Shown: in pieces, positions 32,927 through 44,417 of the stretch
Numbering within the stretch: the stretch's first letter is position 1
Layout: every line of letters starts with the position of its first letter
From: Naegleria gruberi
Taxonomy: Eukaryota
DNA: 64,000 nucleotides
Assembly (NCBI GenBank): GCA_000004985.1
Contig: GG738877.1
Strand: one strand, 5' to 3'
Position numbers and translations under genes: made by a program
The notes under the pieces: model-generated
Told to the model about the DNA's origin: nothing
The model's input: only the letters and a program-made list of their open reading frames with translations
Databases searched by the model: none

Positions 32927-34253
32927 ATGAGTGAAGAAATTGATAAACACGTTCTCAGAAAGTACGAAATTGGACCAAAGTTAGGTAAAGGAGTAAGTAA
33001 TTTTTAAATGTAGGAATAATGATCTAATACAATGATCTCTGCTTTTTATGTTCATTACCAATGGTATTATTAATATCACCACTACAACAATATCATCATC
33101 ATCGTCTCTCGTACAATAATACATTACGATACAAAATTTTATTACTTTTTCTATTTTGTATTGGCATATCATCATCATATTAATTTGAATAATTAGGCCT
33201 ACGGTATTGTGTGGAAGGCTGTTGATAAAAAGACTAGACAAACTGTTGCTTTGAAGAAAATCTTTGATGCTTTCCAAAATGCTACCGATGCCCAACGTAC
33301 CTATCGTGAAATCATGCTTCTTCAAAATTTGCACCATGACAATATTGTCCGTTTGTTGAACGTACTCAAAGCTGATAATGACAATGACATTTACTTGATT
33401 TTCGAATTTATGGATACTGACTTGCATGCTGTTATTAGAGCCAATATTTTGGAAGAAATTCACAAACAATACAACATTTATCAATTGTTGAAGACATTGA
33501 AATATATCCATAGTGCCAATTTGCTCCACAGAGACATCAAGCCTTCAAACTTGCTTTTGAATTCTGAATGTCATATGAAATTGGCTGACTTTGGTCTGGC
33601 GAGGAGTGTTACCCAAGTTGATAAGGATCACGGACCTGTTTTGACTGACTATGTTGCAACTCGTTGGTATCGTGCTCCTGAAATTGTAAGTTATTATTTG
33701 AATATTTAATAGTTTTAATGATCAATACTTTCTCCAGTTGTTGGGTTCAACAAAGTATACCAAGGGTGTTGATCTTTGGTCTGTTGGTTGTATATTAGGT
33801 GAATTAATCTGTGGTAAACCAATGTTCCCTGGAACATCAACAATGAATCAATTGCAAAGAATTATTGCTGTGACAGGTCCACCAAGCGCAGAAGATATTG
33901 ATGCTATTCAATCTGCTTTTGCTTCATCTATGCTTGATTCTATTCCAGAAACTGAACAAAAGTCTTTACAAGAAATGTTCCCAAAGGCATCTCCAGAAGC
34001 TTTGGATTTATTATCAAAATTATTACAATTCAATCCTGAAAAGAGAATTGACGCTGAAACTGCTCTCAAACATCCATATGTTGCTCTTTTCCACAATCCT
34101 GCTGAAGAGCCAACTTGTGACAAGCCAATTTCTCTCTTCTTCGATGATAACAAGAAGTACTCCATAAATGAATATCGTGAAAGACTCTATGCTGAAATTA
34201 GAAAGAGAAGAGAAAAGAGACGTGCTAGGACTAAGGAAGATGAAAAGAAATAA
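32927..34253 (+). CDS. MAPK15: ERK7/ERK8-type MAP kinase (MAPK15-like), 3 exons: 32927..32992, 33197..33685, 33738..34253
   Basis: Exon 1 reads [22 protein letters not shown] and is joined to [43 protein letters not shown]. This is nearly identical in pattern to MAPK15 ([20 protein letters not shown]...TDAQRTFREI). The catalytic loop [14 protein letters not shown], and activation loop TDY precede [30 protein letters not shown]. Introns are 204 nt (GTAAGT..TTAG) and 52 nt (GTAAGT..CCAG). Confidence 0.85.
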
Positions 34254-34441
34254 CTCTTTTCTAAACAAAATTGTAAAGAAAAATATAAGAATATATAAAC
34301 AAGTGTAATTTATTTGTTGTTATCTACTGTTTGTCTTATTTCCTGGAAATTTGTAATTTGAAGCTGTTTGCCTATTCTATTTTTTGAATTGTTCACACAA
34401 AGCCTTATTCCATTTAAACAAATGGAACTATTCCAAATCGC

Positions 34442-35812
34442 CTAGTCTTCAACTTCCAAGAATTCACTATCGTCTTCAAGATCTTCTGTCATTGATTTTA
34501 ACTGGCCAACAAGTAAGCACATGCTTAAAATCTTTTTCAAAGCCTTCCTTTGTTGTATATCTTTTTCATCCATACTAGAACCCAAAATCTATGAACAATA
34601 ATAGGTAAGAAATCAGTGAGACTATTCCACTTACATTTAAAAGAGCACCTATAGAATTGACTTGAAGGGTTGGGTCTTCTGTTGAGAATATTGCTGTTGT
34701 GAGAACTGCTGTTCCATTATTTTCCTGAATGGCGTCTCTTGCCTTATCAACTCTAGAAATGTTTTGCAAGCATCCAGCAGCTGATGAAGCAATTGCAATA
34801 CTATTCTGTTTAAGAAGAGCAATAATTGAGGGTATTTCTCCCAATTCATGGATAATCTGTACCACTACAATATCAGATGTCAAGTTGTGAATGGTACTAA
34901 TTGTTTTCTTTTGCACATCCTTATTGTTATATTTGAGAAGTTTGCAAAGCTTTGGAATACCATTCGCCTCAGTAATCATTTTCCTTCCAATATCTTGAAA
35001 ACTAATACTCTGAAGTGCACCAACAGCAGCTAGTAACACTTCCTTATTTTGAGAATCGAAAAGTAATTCCACAAGTGCAGGAACACAATTTGTATTCGAA
35101 AGAGACGAAATATTTCTCCCCTCAAAACAAATATTCAACAATACTGAAATGATTCAATAACAATTAGTGAAGGAAAAGAAACATACCATTTGATCCTTCG
35201 GATGCGATTTCTGCATTTTGGTCCTTGTTTTCCTGTAATATTCTAGAAATTGATTGAACTAGTCTAAGAGAGACATTTTCTCTGTTTTGTTTCTTCATTG
35301 TTTCAATGAGCTAATTTATAACAACTATTACTATTTACCTTTCTTGCTAATATTCTCAAAGTCTTTAATGATTGCGTCACAATATCCTCATCATCACAAT
35401 GTAAATCCAAAACGTCAAGAATAATATTCGGTGAGTCAGTTTTCTTACACTTATAGTTGGATGATCTTTTTAATTCCAAATTGTTCCTTACAAACTTTTG
35501 TAGAGCTGCCAAAACTTTTGTAGAACTGTGCATGTATTGAACTAAATGTCGTTCCAATTCTGCATAACTTGAAGAGGATGATGCTGATGGAGCATTGATA
35601 GGAGTTAGTTTTTCTGGTGGTTGACTTTTTGAAAAGAGGCTACCATTCAATCCACCATTTGTATTACTATTATTATTCTTATTCAAAGATGTATTCAAGC
35701 TACTATTCTCACCACTCCTATTCAATGATGATGATCCCGATGATGAAGAACCTCCTCCAATAACAGCAAACTTTGAAGTTTTGCTTGTTGAGGGGAGTGA
35801 GGACATGAGCAT
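34442..35812 (-). CDS. Armadillo-repeat protein, 4 exons: 35812..35339, 35292..35187, 35143..34635, 34588..34442
   Basis: ARM-type repeats, for example CVPALVELLFDSQNKEVLLAAVGALQSIS, GIPKLCKLLKYNNKDVQKKTISTIHNL and GEIPSIIALLKQNSIAIASSAAGCLQNIS. Introns are 46 nt (GTAAAT..GAAG), 43 nt (GTATGT..TCAG) and 46 nt (GTAAGT..ATAG), all phase-consistent. The last exon was found by hand (ILGSSMDEKDIQQRKALKKIL...EFLEVED*). The plus-strand ORF 34384..34578 is antisense to that exon. Confidence 0.7.
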
Positions 35813-36033
35813 TTTTTTTCGGTTGTTGATGACTTTTTGGCGCCTTAATTTGAAACTGTATTTAATAAAATCTGAATACTATCATCATTCATAATACCAA
35901 TTTATATATTGAAACAAGAATCTATATATGAGTTTGATTCTGCTGAATTGCTTTATTGTCTGATGACATTCCAAAAATCAATATTAAATTTTCAATTCAA
36001 TTTTTGTAATTTTAAAAAAAAATTTGAAAAAAA

Positions 36034-37404
36034 ATGACCACAACAAACAATGCCGGATGGTACCTCATGAAGCACTTCAGAGGTCTCGCTAGTAGAAAAG
36101 GTGCCTACGTTCCTCCACTTATTTATAAATGTATGTTGAAGGTTCCACCACCAGTCAAGTATGGTATTCCTACAGAATTTGGTAAATTGAAGGAACTCAG
36201 CTTCCCTGATGACGCTTTGAAGGGAAAGATTGAAAAGAAATCTAAACACAAGAAGCAACTGATGAAGTCTGGTTTCACACCTCTTCCTTTCTGGTTCACC
36301 CGTAAATTGAGAGACAATGCTGTGTCAAGAGTTCGTGAATTGATGGAACAAGGAATGACCGAAGAAGATGCTATTCAACGTTGGGACGAAGAATTCAGCA
36401 GAGAAATTCAAATACAACAAAGAGAGTGTAATTTGCTCTCCGAAGCTGCTCTTAAAAATAATGAAGTGCTTTCCGTTCAAGATACACTCAACATTTTGAA
36501 GACAATAAGAGATACACAAAAGGAACACGATATTAGACAAGGTAGAAAACTTAGAAAGATTGTAGCTAAACTTGAAATTGAAAGAAGAAAGTTGTTAGGA
36601 CTTGATATTGAAGAATCTTTATTGAGAGAAGCCGAACATGAGGCTGAAGTTTCTTTTGACAAATTATTGGATGTTAAACAAGTTAGTCAAAGAAATGCTA
36701 TCAAGATTGAAAATCGTGTTAACCAAACAGTTTTACGTAAAATTGCTCAAGCCATTGAAATTGAAAAGATTGTGATAGAAATTAGAGAATTGAAGCGTCA
36801 ATATGGTCCACAAAATGCTGCTCTCTCAGAAGGAGAACACATTTCACCATTCGATTTTATTGGAGCTTATGTCAAATCCTTTGATGTTAACAAGATTGGA
36901 GCTACCAGTGCAGAATGGGGCAAGGATCGTGAAATTTACAAGGCTTATATTGATGGCAAGAAGGTTCACGACATTTTGAAAGAAAAATACGAATTATTGA
37001 AAGAAAAATTCTCTCGTTTTGTTAGATTGAAGGAAATTAGAACGGATTTGTCTAAATTCTTAACTTCTATCGATGTTATGAATACTAAGACAGAAATTGA
37101 CATGAATGCACCATTAGCTAAGTACTCTAAACGACCAAACAGTGAAGATGATCTTGAAAAGTTGTTAACTAATTTGAACATTGAATCTATGGATCTCACT
37201 CCAGTTATGGATGAATTGAAACAATTTGGATGGCAAGGAATGTCCAAGATGAAGGAAGACCAAGCCAAGATGGAAGAAATGTTCTTGATGCTCGAGCTTG
37301 GTTGTTATATTTATAATTCTGGAATTGTTGGTGCTTATTCACCAAAGTATGTTTTGAAGAAGGAAAACAACACAACTGATCTCATAAGCTACTTGAAAAA
37401 GTAA
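36034..37404 (+). CDS. Hypothetical coiled-coil/charged protein
   Basis: 456-aa intronless ORF beginning MTTTNNAGWYLMKHFRGLASRKGAYVPPLIYKCMLKVPPP. It is rich in K/E/R helical segments. It could be a mitochondrial ribosomal or assembly factor, but no confident match was made from sequence alone. Confidence 0.5.
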   Translation: MTTTNNAGWYLMKHFRGLASRKGAYVPPLIYKCMLKVPPPVKYGIPTEFGKLKELSFPDDALKGKIEKKSKHKKQLMKSGFTPLPFWFTRKLRDNAVSRVRELMEQGMTEEDAIQRWDEEFSREIQIQQRECNLLSEAALKNNEVLSVQDTLNILKTIRDTQKEHDIRQGRKLRKIVAKLEIERRKLLGLDIEESLLREAEHEAEVSFDKLLDVKQVSQRNAIKIENRVNQTVLRKIAQAIEIEKIVIEIRELKRQYGPQNAALSEGEHISPFDFIGAYVKSFDVNKIGATSAEWGKDREIYKAYIDGKKVHDILKEKYELLKEKFSRFVRLKEIRTDLSKFLTSIDVMNTKTEIDMNAPLAKYSKRPNSEDDLEKLLTNLNIESMDLTPVMDELKQFGWQGMSKMKEDQAKMEEMFLMLELGCYIYNSGIVGAYSPKYVLKKENNTTDLISYLKK

Positions 37405-37470
37405 AAACCAGTTAAAAATTTGTAAAATTTAAAATAATATTTAATTTTTGGATTGTAATTTTATTTACTT

Positions 37471-37854
37471 TTATTGGTCGTGGAAATGGTTGGCACCAAA
37501 TGATGGGTCTGGCATGGCGATATTTCTTGTCCTATTAGTATTTAAACTTTGATTTCTAAACATTCCGCCCACAAATTCCTTAGAGAATGAATGTGAGCTT
37601 CCGAAATATTCTGTTGGTTTATGTACATCTTTTAATGGTTTAGAACCATAACTTGCATTTGAGGTTTGATAGAGTGGATTATTTCCCTTTTCCTTTCGGG
37701 CTTGATAAAGTTGAGAGTTATGAATCTCGGCAGAGTCTAACTGTTGAGTTCCTGATTGTCTTGTCGAGCCTAACGATGATGTTGATTGAGGGAGTGGCTT
37801 TGTCTCCAACCCAAGAGGAGTAATTGCTGCCGAGCTAGTTTGCATTCGAGACAT
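37471..37854 (-). CDS. Hypothetical low-complexity (S/T/Q/N-rich) protein
   Basis: 127-aa ORF with start ATG. It is convergent with, and 66 bp from, the stop of the 36034 gene. The composition is biased and no domain was found. This could be a spurious ORF. Confidence 0.35.
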   Translation of the reverse strand: MSRMQTSSAAITPLGLETKPLPQSTSSLGSTRQSGTQQLDSAEIHNSQLYQARKEKGNNPLYQTSNASYGSKPLKDVHKPTEYFGSSHSFSKEFVGGMFRNQSLNTNRTRNIAMPDPSFGANHFHDQ

Positions 37855-38426
37855 TTCTTTTGTTTTTTATTTGAGTTATTTACAAATTTTGGCGCCAATC
37901 CTAACTTACAACTGTATTTTTAAATTCCGAACATTATTCAAGAGATAATGATTACACTTGGTAGAATCACTTCCTCTAAGAAGAATGGGTAGATTCTCTC
38001 GATAGTTCAAATATTATCATGTCAGAATAATAACTCTTGTCTTTCAAGAAGGAGCTGTTGTTAAAAACAGGTCCATACAGTAGGGGTGCAGATGATCTTG
38101 GTGTTTTTTGTTTGTTCAATTAGGTTAAGTTGAATTGGTGGGGATGAATTGGTGGGGATGCTTTACAACATTGGAAGGTTATTATTATTCATTGTAAAAT
38201 GTATTTAACACTGTAAAGTACAGAAGCAAGGTGGTGGACAATCTCTAGAGGACTTAACTCCAGGGAGAAGGAAAAAATTAAGAAGGTTACTGATCTTTCC
38301 AAGCTCTCCTTAAACACACCTCTCTTTGATAAATATAAAATGCGCAAGATAACAAATGATCAAAACACAAAACAATAAAAAAACAACAAATCAATAGCAA
38401 CATAATAGCATAATACATTGATAAAG

Positions 38427-39074
38427 ATGAATTTCAATTATAGCTCAAATCAACCTCCTCAACAACAACAACCACAACAACATGGCTTGTATGGTTTCAA
38501 CGCTCAACCTCATCCTGGAGCTACTATTTCAACCACAAATGGAATGTATGTTCATCCACAGCCTTTTGCTCAACCACAAATGTACATTCAACCACAACCA
38601 CAAACCTACGTTCAACCAACTTGTAATTACTCATCAACCGTGTCATGTGGCATCTCTCATCAACCTCAAATGAGTTCTGGTGGCTCATTAGCTCAACAAA
38701 TCCTTGCTGCCTGTAGAAATTCTTCGTTTGACAGTGACAAAGTCAAAGCTGTTCAAAATTGTTCCACCTCTCTATGTTCACCTGTTAGCGCCAATGACTT
38801 GGTTAGCATTTTGCACTTTTTCGGAATGGATAATGATAAAGTTAAGGTTTTGAATCAATTGAAACAAACAAACAACATTGCCTTAATGACAGGATCTGAA
38901 GCTGCCTCAATTATCAGAACTTTCAACTTTGACAATGAAAGAATTAGAGCATTGGATGCAATTGTCAATTCCATTTATGATAGAAAACAAAATCAATCTG
39001 AGGAAGCTGTTGTTGCAGCATTTGGTTTCTCTGATGATATTAATAGAGCTAGAAATTTAATGCAAACTCGTTAA
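38427..39074 (+). CDS. Hypothetical protein with Q/P-rich N-terminus and a repeated C-terminal domain
   Basis: The first true ATG gives MNFNYSSNQPPQQQQPQQHGLYGF. A poly-Q/P tract follows. The C-terminal half contains two similar units (SFDSDKVKAVQNC...LVSILHFFGMDNDKVKVLNQLKQ and ASIIRTFNFDNERIRALDAIVNSIYD). Confidence 0.5.
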   Translation: MNFNYSSNQPPQQQQPQQHGLYGFNAQPHPGATISTTNGMYVHPQPFAQPQMYIQPQPQTYVQPTCNYSSTVSCGISHQPQMSSGGSLAQQILAACRNSSFDSDKVKAVQNCSTSLCSPVSANDLVSILHFFGMDNDKVKVLNQLKQTNNIALMTGSEAASIIRTFNFDNERIRALDAIVNSIYDRKQNQSEEAVVAAFGFSDDINRARNLMQTR

Positions 39075-39194
39075 GGAAGGTTTCATTTTCGAAAAATGTG
39101 TAAATATAAAATTGTTTTGTATTTTTTGTAATTTAATTTACTTTTTAATTTTTAGTTAAATTTCCAAGTTGAAATTGTGAAAGATCTCAAAAAA

Positions 39195-40347
39195 ATGGCA
39201 AAACGTAAAAAGACACCATCAGCACCAACAACGAATAAACCTTCATCACTAATAGAAATTCTGCAAAGTTTCGGAATTATAGTCAAGACAAAAGTAAATT
39301 TTCACGATAGGAGAAAGGTACAAAGTTTAGAACAACAATTTACTGAACACTACATGAATGAAAGTTTATTGATACTTGATGAACCTAATGAAGATCATTT
39401 CGAGGAAATTAATCATCAAATTGTTAATGGAAATTTATATTCAGTTGGTTATCGTAAGAATCAGTTTTTTGTAAATATTAAGAAATCGAAATTACTTATT
39501 CGATTTAAATGTGATTTTGATCATTCAGGTTTATTTGATAAGGTAGATGATTTTTTTTCTGATAAATCTACAGAAATGGTAAAGAAGGAGATGTTCTATT
39601 CGATTGTTAATTCGGAGAGAAAGAATACTAATGTGATGCATATTGAATTTGATTTGAAATTTGATTCTTTTGTGGAGATTGTTAAATATCTGAATATTTC
39701 AGAAAGTAGGATTGGGGATTTCATGTTAGAAAATGAAATTCTTTCAAGATTAGTTGAAATTCTTGATGTTGACCAAGAAAAGAAACAAGTGTATATCAAA
39801 CTCAAGGCATTTGGCATTGATGCAACAGCAAATGTATCAAGTTACTACTTGATGGGAAAAATTGATGGTAGTCAATCATGTTTCATGCTCGATTTATCTT
39901 ATTACATGGACAGAAATCCAAACCTTTCAACCATTGACAGCATTTACAGATTTTTCACACCAATCCATATCAAAAATCGAATTTATGACAAAGGAACACC
40001 ATCTACATTCCATGATTGCAAGAATATTGGAATTTATAGAGTATTAATTGGATATTTCTTTTGTGCAATGACGGATTCAGATGCAGGAAAGCACGTTAAG
40101 AGAAATAACATTCATCCATATGATATTACATGATATGTTGGATCCACAAGCTCTTCTCTCAGGAAAGCACAGAATAATTACAGAACTATCGACCAAAAAA
40201 TATTTTTATGATTTCAGGCACCAATTTTACACATACGGAGGAATAGTTGATACTGGATTTTACAAATTCGAGTTAAAGCCAATGTGTAAATTTGAGAACT
40301 ATTGGGGAATGAATTTTAAGAGAGAAATTTATCATTTTTCATTGTAA
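39195..40347 (+). CDS. Hypothetical protein, probably 2 exons: 39195..40040 and 40081..40347, joined by a 40-nt intron
   Basis: ORFs 39177..40133 and 40081..40347 overlap in different frames. Removing the 40-nt segment GTATTAATTGGATATTTCTTTTGTGCAATGACGGATTCAG (phase 0) fuses ...KNIGIYR|MQESTLREITFIHMILHDM... into one protein of about 370 aa. The first real ATG is MAKRKK at 39195. The function is unknown. Confidence 0.45.
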
Positions 40348-40869
40348 AAAGAGTTCTAATGGTAAAATAAATTAAATAGGCTGTTAAAAGCCACTCAATC
40401 ACCAACTTGTTACTCTGACTACTCCACCATCTCTAATAATTTCAGCAAATGCTCCTGTAGTAACTGATTTGTTGGAAGACATACTCGCTATTCCATTAGC
40501 CTTATTTGAAATTGAGTCTTCACAACAGAATCTTGGAAGGAGCGATATTTGCTCGTATTAAGACATCATATCTCCCTGCAGACAATTCTTCAATAAATAT
40601 TATTGACAAGCATTAATCAAATACTATATTAACACATTCTAAATATTAAGGAGAGTCTGATATCGGTTTGATTTCTATCACAGTTCTTTAGAAATCAATT
40701 TTCAAGTCACCAATATCTATAGCTAAAAAGAGTGTTTGGAACCCTGAACATGTATATCCACACCTAGTATTTTCCCTCTGATTGAGGAACTAGTGAAAAA
40801 ACTGCGCACCAGATGCGATAATGCATTGAGATTACGAGTGCTGAAATCAGCAAAAAGAAAAAAAGAGAG

Positions 40870-43020
40870 ATGAAAAATAGTCTCAATACTCAAAATCATC
40901 AAATAATTGATGAAGAGGGCTCTGCTTCCCAATATCAACTCGTCGAAGGAGATCAATCATCCATGGAAATAATTGAAGGGAATGCACAATCAGGCTTCAG
41001 AGGCAAATTTCAAGCTCAAAAGGCAAAATTCATCAAATTTAAGAATAACCTCTATGTTAAACGAGTAACAGCTGTGGTATTGTTCTGGTTCAAGTTATTA
41101 TCTGGACCAGTAATGGCATTGCCATTCTTTTGTGGTGCATTATCTGGCTGGGGATCCACAGTCGATATTGACAGATGTGCTGGAATAACCGCTTGGTTGG
41201 CTTGCTATTGGATTCTTCAACCTGTTCATGTAACAGTAAGTAATCTTCATCATCAATTGTTTAATAATGAACATAATTAGGTAACAAGTTTTATGCCTCT
41301 GATTTTGTTTCCATTATTGGGAACTACAAGTGGAAAGAATATGGCCAGTGCTTACTATAATGACACTTCAATTCTTTGCATTGGTTCGTTTATTGTGGCA
41401 GCAGCAATTGAAAAGTGGAATATTCACAAGAGATTTGCCTTGTTTGTGTTGAGTTTTATTGGATTGAGACCTAGAATACTCTTATTTGCCTTCACATGTT
41501 TGGTTGGATTCATTACCATGTGGATTTCGAATAGTGCAACCACTGCAATGTTTATTCCAATGGCCAATGCTGTTATTACCAGTATTAGAGTTAGAAATGA
41601 AGAGAATCCAAATAAGCAAGAAAGAGAAAGGGAGGAAATCAAGATTAAAAAATTTGCCAAAGCACTTTTCATGATCATTCCATTTGCTAGTTCAATAATG
41701 GGTAGTTCAACCTTAATTGGCACTACAACAAATTTAGTTATTGGACAAGTATTGAATTCTCAATTCAAGAAGCTTGCCACTTCCACTAATAATCCAGTAA
41801 CTTTTCTTAATTGGTTCATTTATGCTTTCCCACCAATGATTGTACTATTAATTATAACATTCCTTTACTTCTTGATTGTATTGGTAAGAACTATTAATCT
41901 CAAAGAGGAAGAACCTATTTTAACAGAAATTGAATTGGGTCAAAATAATTTGAAGGAGAATTTACTTGAAGAATCTGAATACTATGTCGAAAATATCAAC
42001 GAAGACCAAGAACCAATTGAGAACAATGATAAGCTCTTGTCTGTGGCCACAAGCGAGAGTGATTCAAACACTTCCAAAAAGAAGAAGAAAGACAAAAAGA
42101 AGAAACTTCCAAATGTCTTCAAGAAGGAATATAAGAAATTAGGAAAAATCAAGTTTGAAGAAATAGTTATTTCCCTCCTTTTCTTGGTAATGTGCTTGTT
42201 GTGGTTGTTGAGAGATCTCTCATTTGGAACAACTCGAATTTCTTGGTCATACTTGGTGTTTTTCATGAGTGGTAAACCAGTCAAGAAACAAGATACAGTA
42301 ATGGCCTATCCAACGGATGGAACTGTAGCTATAGTTATTGGAATTTTACTATTCTTCATTCCATCTTTCAATAGAGCTGAGGCACCAATTGTTGAACAAG
42401 AAAGTGACAAATCTCTCACTCGCATGCAACGCTTTAAAGCACAGCTTTTTAAATGGAGAAACACAACTGGAAGAATTATGGAATGGAAAGAAGTTCAAGA
42501 AAAGCTTCAGTGGGATATCTTAATCCTATTGGGTGGCGGTTTTGCATTGGCTCAAGCTTTTAGTGATTGTGGATTCTCAGAATTCGTTGTCAATGTTATG
42601 GTCGTTAAACTTGATTTGGCCAATAAGGTAGCTCCATACACATTAATGTTCGTTATTGTTTTTGGTATTAGTTTGTTAACAGAGTTGACTACCAACACAA
42701 GTATTGCTGTTCTTTCAATGCCTGTTTTGGCTGTTCTTGGTCCAAAACTGGGTCAGAATCCAGTTTTCTTCATGGCATCTGCAACATTGGCTTGTTCGAT
42801 GGCTTTCATGACTCCAATTGGTACCGGACCAAATTTGTTAGCATTTTCTGCTAAACATTATTCTATTTTTGATGGTTTATTACATGGTGGTGTGATAAAT
42901 ATCATTGGTGTTGCAGCAATCATGTTGGGTTCTATGGCCATGTTTCCAACCATTGGAGTTGTCCCTAATGTTATACCAGATTGGGGAAAAACAAATTCAA
43001 CTACCCATTCGATATTTTAG
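40870..43020 (+). CDS. SLC13/DASS-family Na+-coupled anion (sulfate/di-tricarboxylate) symporter, 2 exons: 40870..41235 and 41281..43020
   Basis: Conserved SLC13 N-terminal segment: CAGITAWLACYWILQPVHVT..SFMPLILFPLLG (compare YWCTEVIPLAVTSLMPVLLFPLF). Both hairpin SNxxTxxMxxP motifs are present: WISNSATTAMFIPMANA and TELTTNTSIAVLSMPVLA. There are 11-13 TM segments and a charged central loop (KKKKKDKKKK). The intron is 45 nt (GTAAGT..ATTAG). An alternative GTAACA donor 6 nt upstream would avoid a VT duplication. Confidence 0.8.
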
Positions 43021-43340
43021 TGAACTATAAAAAAGAAGAATTTAAATATTATAAAACTGTAAACCCTATTCAAAAGTCGGAGAATTGTCATTGTAATTGT
43101 TGATTCAAACTAGCACGATAAATATTAAGAATCAGTGAACCCTGTATCACTCTAAATGAAAGTCCTCGGAGTGTATCAAACAAACAATATCCAAATCTCA
43201 TGCATTCATAGAAGTAACAATTGATAATACAATTATTATAATTCCAAGATTGGCTCTATAAAAATCCCGCCATGTCACCTTCAAAACAACTTTAGATTCG
43301 CATACATGCAGAGATTACTTATCAACTTTGAGAAAAAAAG

Positions 43341-44417
43341 ATGGCAACCACTCTTTCCATTGATCTTCTTGCTTCTAATATCTTTGCTTACGCAGTTGAC
43401 CTTGATGATGCTAGTGTTGGAAAGGACATTCTAAACTATAGTTTAGTTTGTTCACATTGGGCTCAATGTTTTATCAATGTGAAGAGAATTGTATCTAATC
43501 AAGATGTTGCTGAAGACATGCAATACGAACAAGAAGCATTCTGGAAATTGTTATTCTCAACTTTACATTCCAGAACAGAATTTGAAAAACATGAAACATT
43601 CAATTATAGAGAATTGTACATGTTGAATACCATCCCAACCTTAGATTTTGAAAATCATGAACAAACTTTTATTGATGGACCATCAGGAAATCATCAATTG
43701 TTCTACAGTGGATCTTTGAATAGTTGCAATCTTCTCTCTAATTCGTTGAAGAATTTGCAAATTCACAAATTGGTGATGAGAAGAGTATTGAGAAGTTCTT
43801 ACGAAACTTTCATCAAGGATGGTAAAATTCTTGAAACAATGGTTGAATTCTTTGCCAATAGAGTGGTCAACCGTGAAGTTCCAAATCAAGAGTTGACTGA
43901 ATTTGATGTTCAATATGCTAAGGATGTTGAAGAAAGAATTACACAACCATTTAAAAAGTATCTCCTCTCCAAAGAATCTAACCCAAGAATTGGAGATTTC
44001 ATTGTTTCAAATGGTGAAAAATTCATTGAGAGATTCGAATATGCTGTCCATTATATGAAAACAGGACACAAGACTTGGGATGATTACTACTTCTTTAGAA
44101 TGAGAAAAGCTCTCTATCTTCTCATCCTTAGTGGAAAGGTTGATAATTTGAGTATTTTCGATAGTGCACTCATCATTCCAAGAGATTTTGATGGAATGGA
44201 AAGAGAAATGGAAGAGATTCCACCTCAACAATATGGAATTCCATTCCCAACCAATATGGAAGAGTTTAAAACATTCCTTGATGAAAATTGTTCCATAATT
44301 TTGGAAAATCCATTTTGTTCTGGTTATCATGGAAGCGTTGATTGTATTAACTTTTTAATCTTTTCTAAAGTTAAAAAGGGTTGTGGTTTTTACATTAACA
44401 TTGAAAGTACATCTTAA
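43341..44417 (+). CDS. Hypothetical protein with F-box-like N-terminus
   Basis: 358-aa intronless ORF. The N-terminus reads LSIDLLASNIFAYAVDLDDASVGKDILNYSLVCSHWAQCF, which matches the F-box pattern LxxDLLxxIFxYL..D..xLNxSLVCxxW. Confidence 0.55.
   Translation: MATTLSIDLLASNIFAYAVDLDDASVGKDILNYSLVCSHWAQCFINVKRIVSNQDVAEDMQYEQEAFWKLLFSTLHSRTEFEKHETFNYRELYMLNTIPTLDFENHEQTFIDGPSGNHQLFYSGSLNSCNLLSNSLKNLQIHKLVMRRVLRSSYETFIKDGKILETMVEFFANRVVNREVPNQELTEFDVQYAKDVEERITQPFKKYLLSKESNPRIGDFIVSNGEKFIERFEYAVHYMKTGHKTWDDYYFFRMRKALYLLILSGKVDNLSIFDSALIIPRDFDGMEREMEEIPPQQYGIPFPTNMEEFKTFLDENCSIILENPFCSGYHGSVDCINFLIFSKVKKGCGFYINIESTS

Noticed and set aside
32981-33529. 182-aa minus-strand ORF overlapping MAPK15 exon 2
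   Set aside because: It is antisense to a strongly conserved kinase exon and has an Ile/Val-rich nonsense composition.
34384-34578. 64-aa plus-strand ORF
   Set aside because: It lies antisense to the last exon of the armadillo-repeat gene, whose phase and stop were verified.
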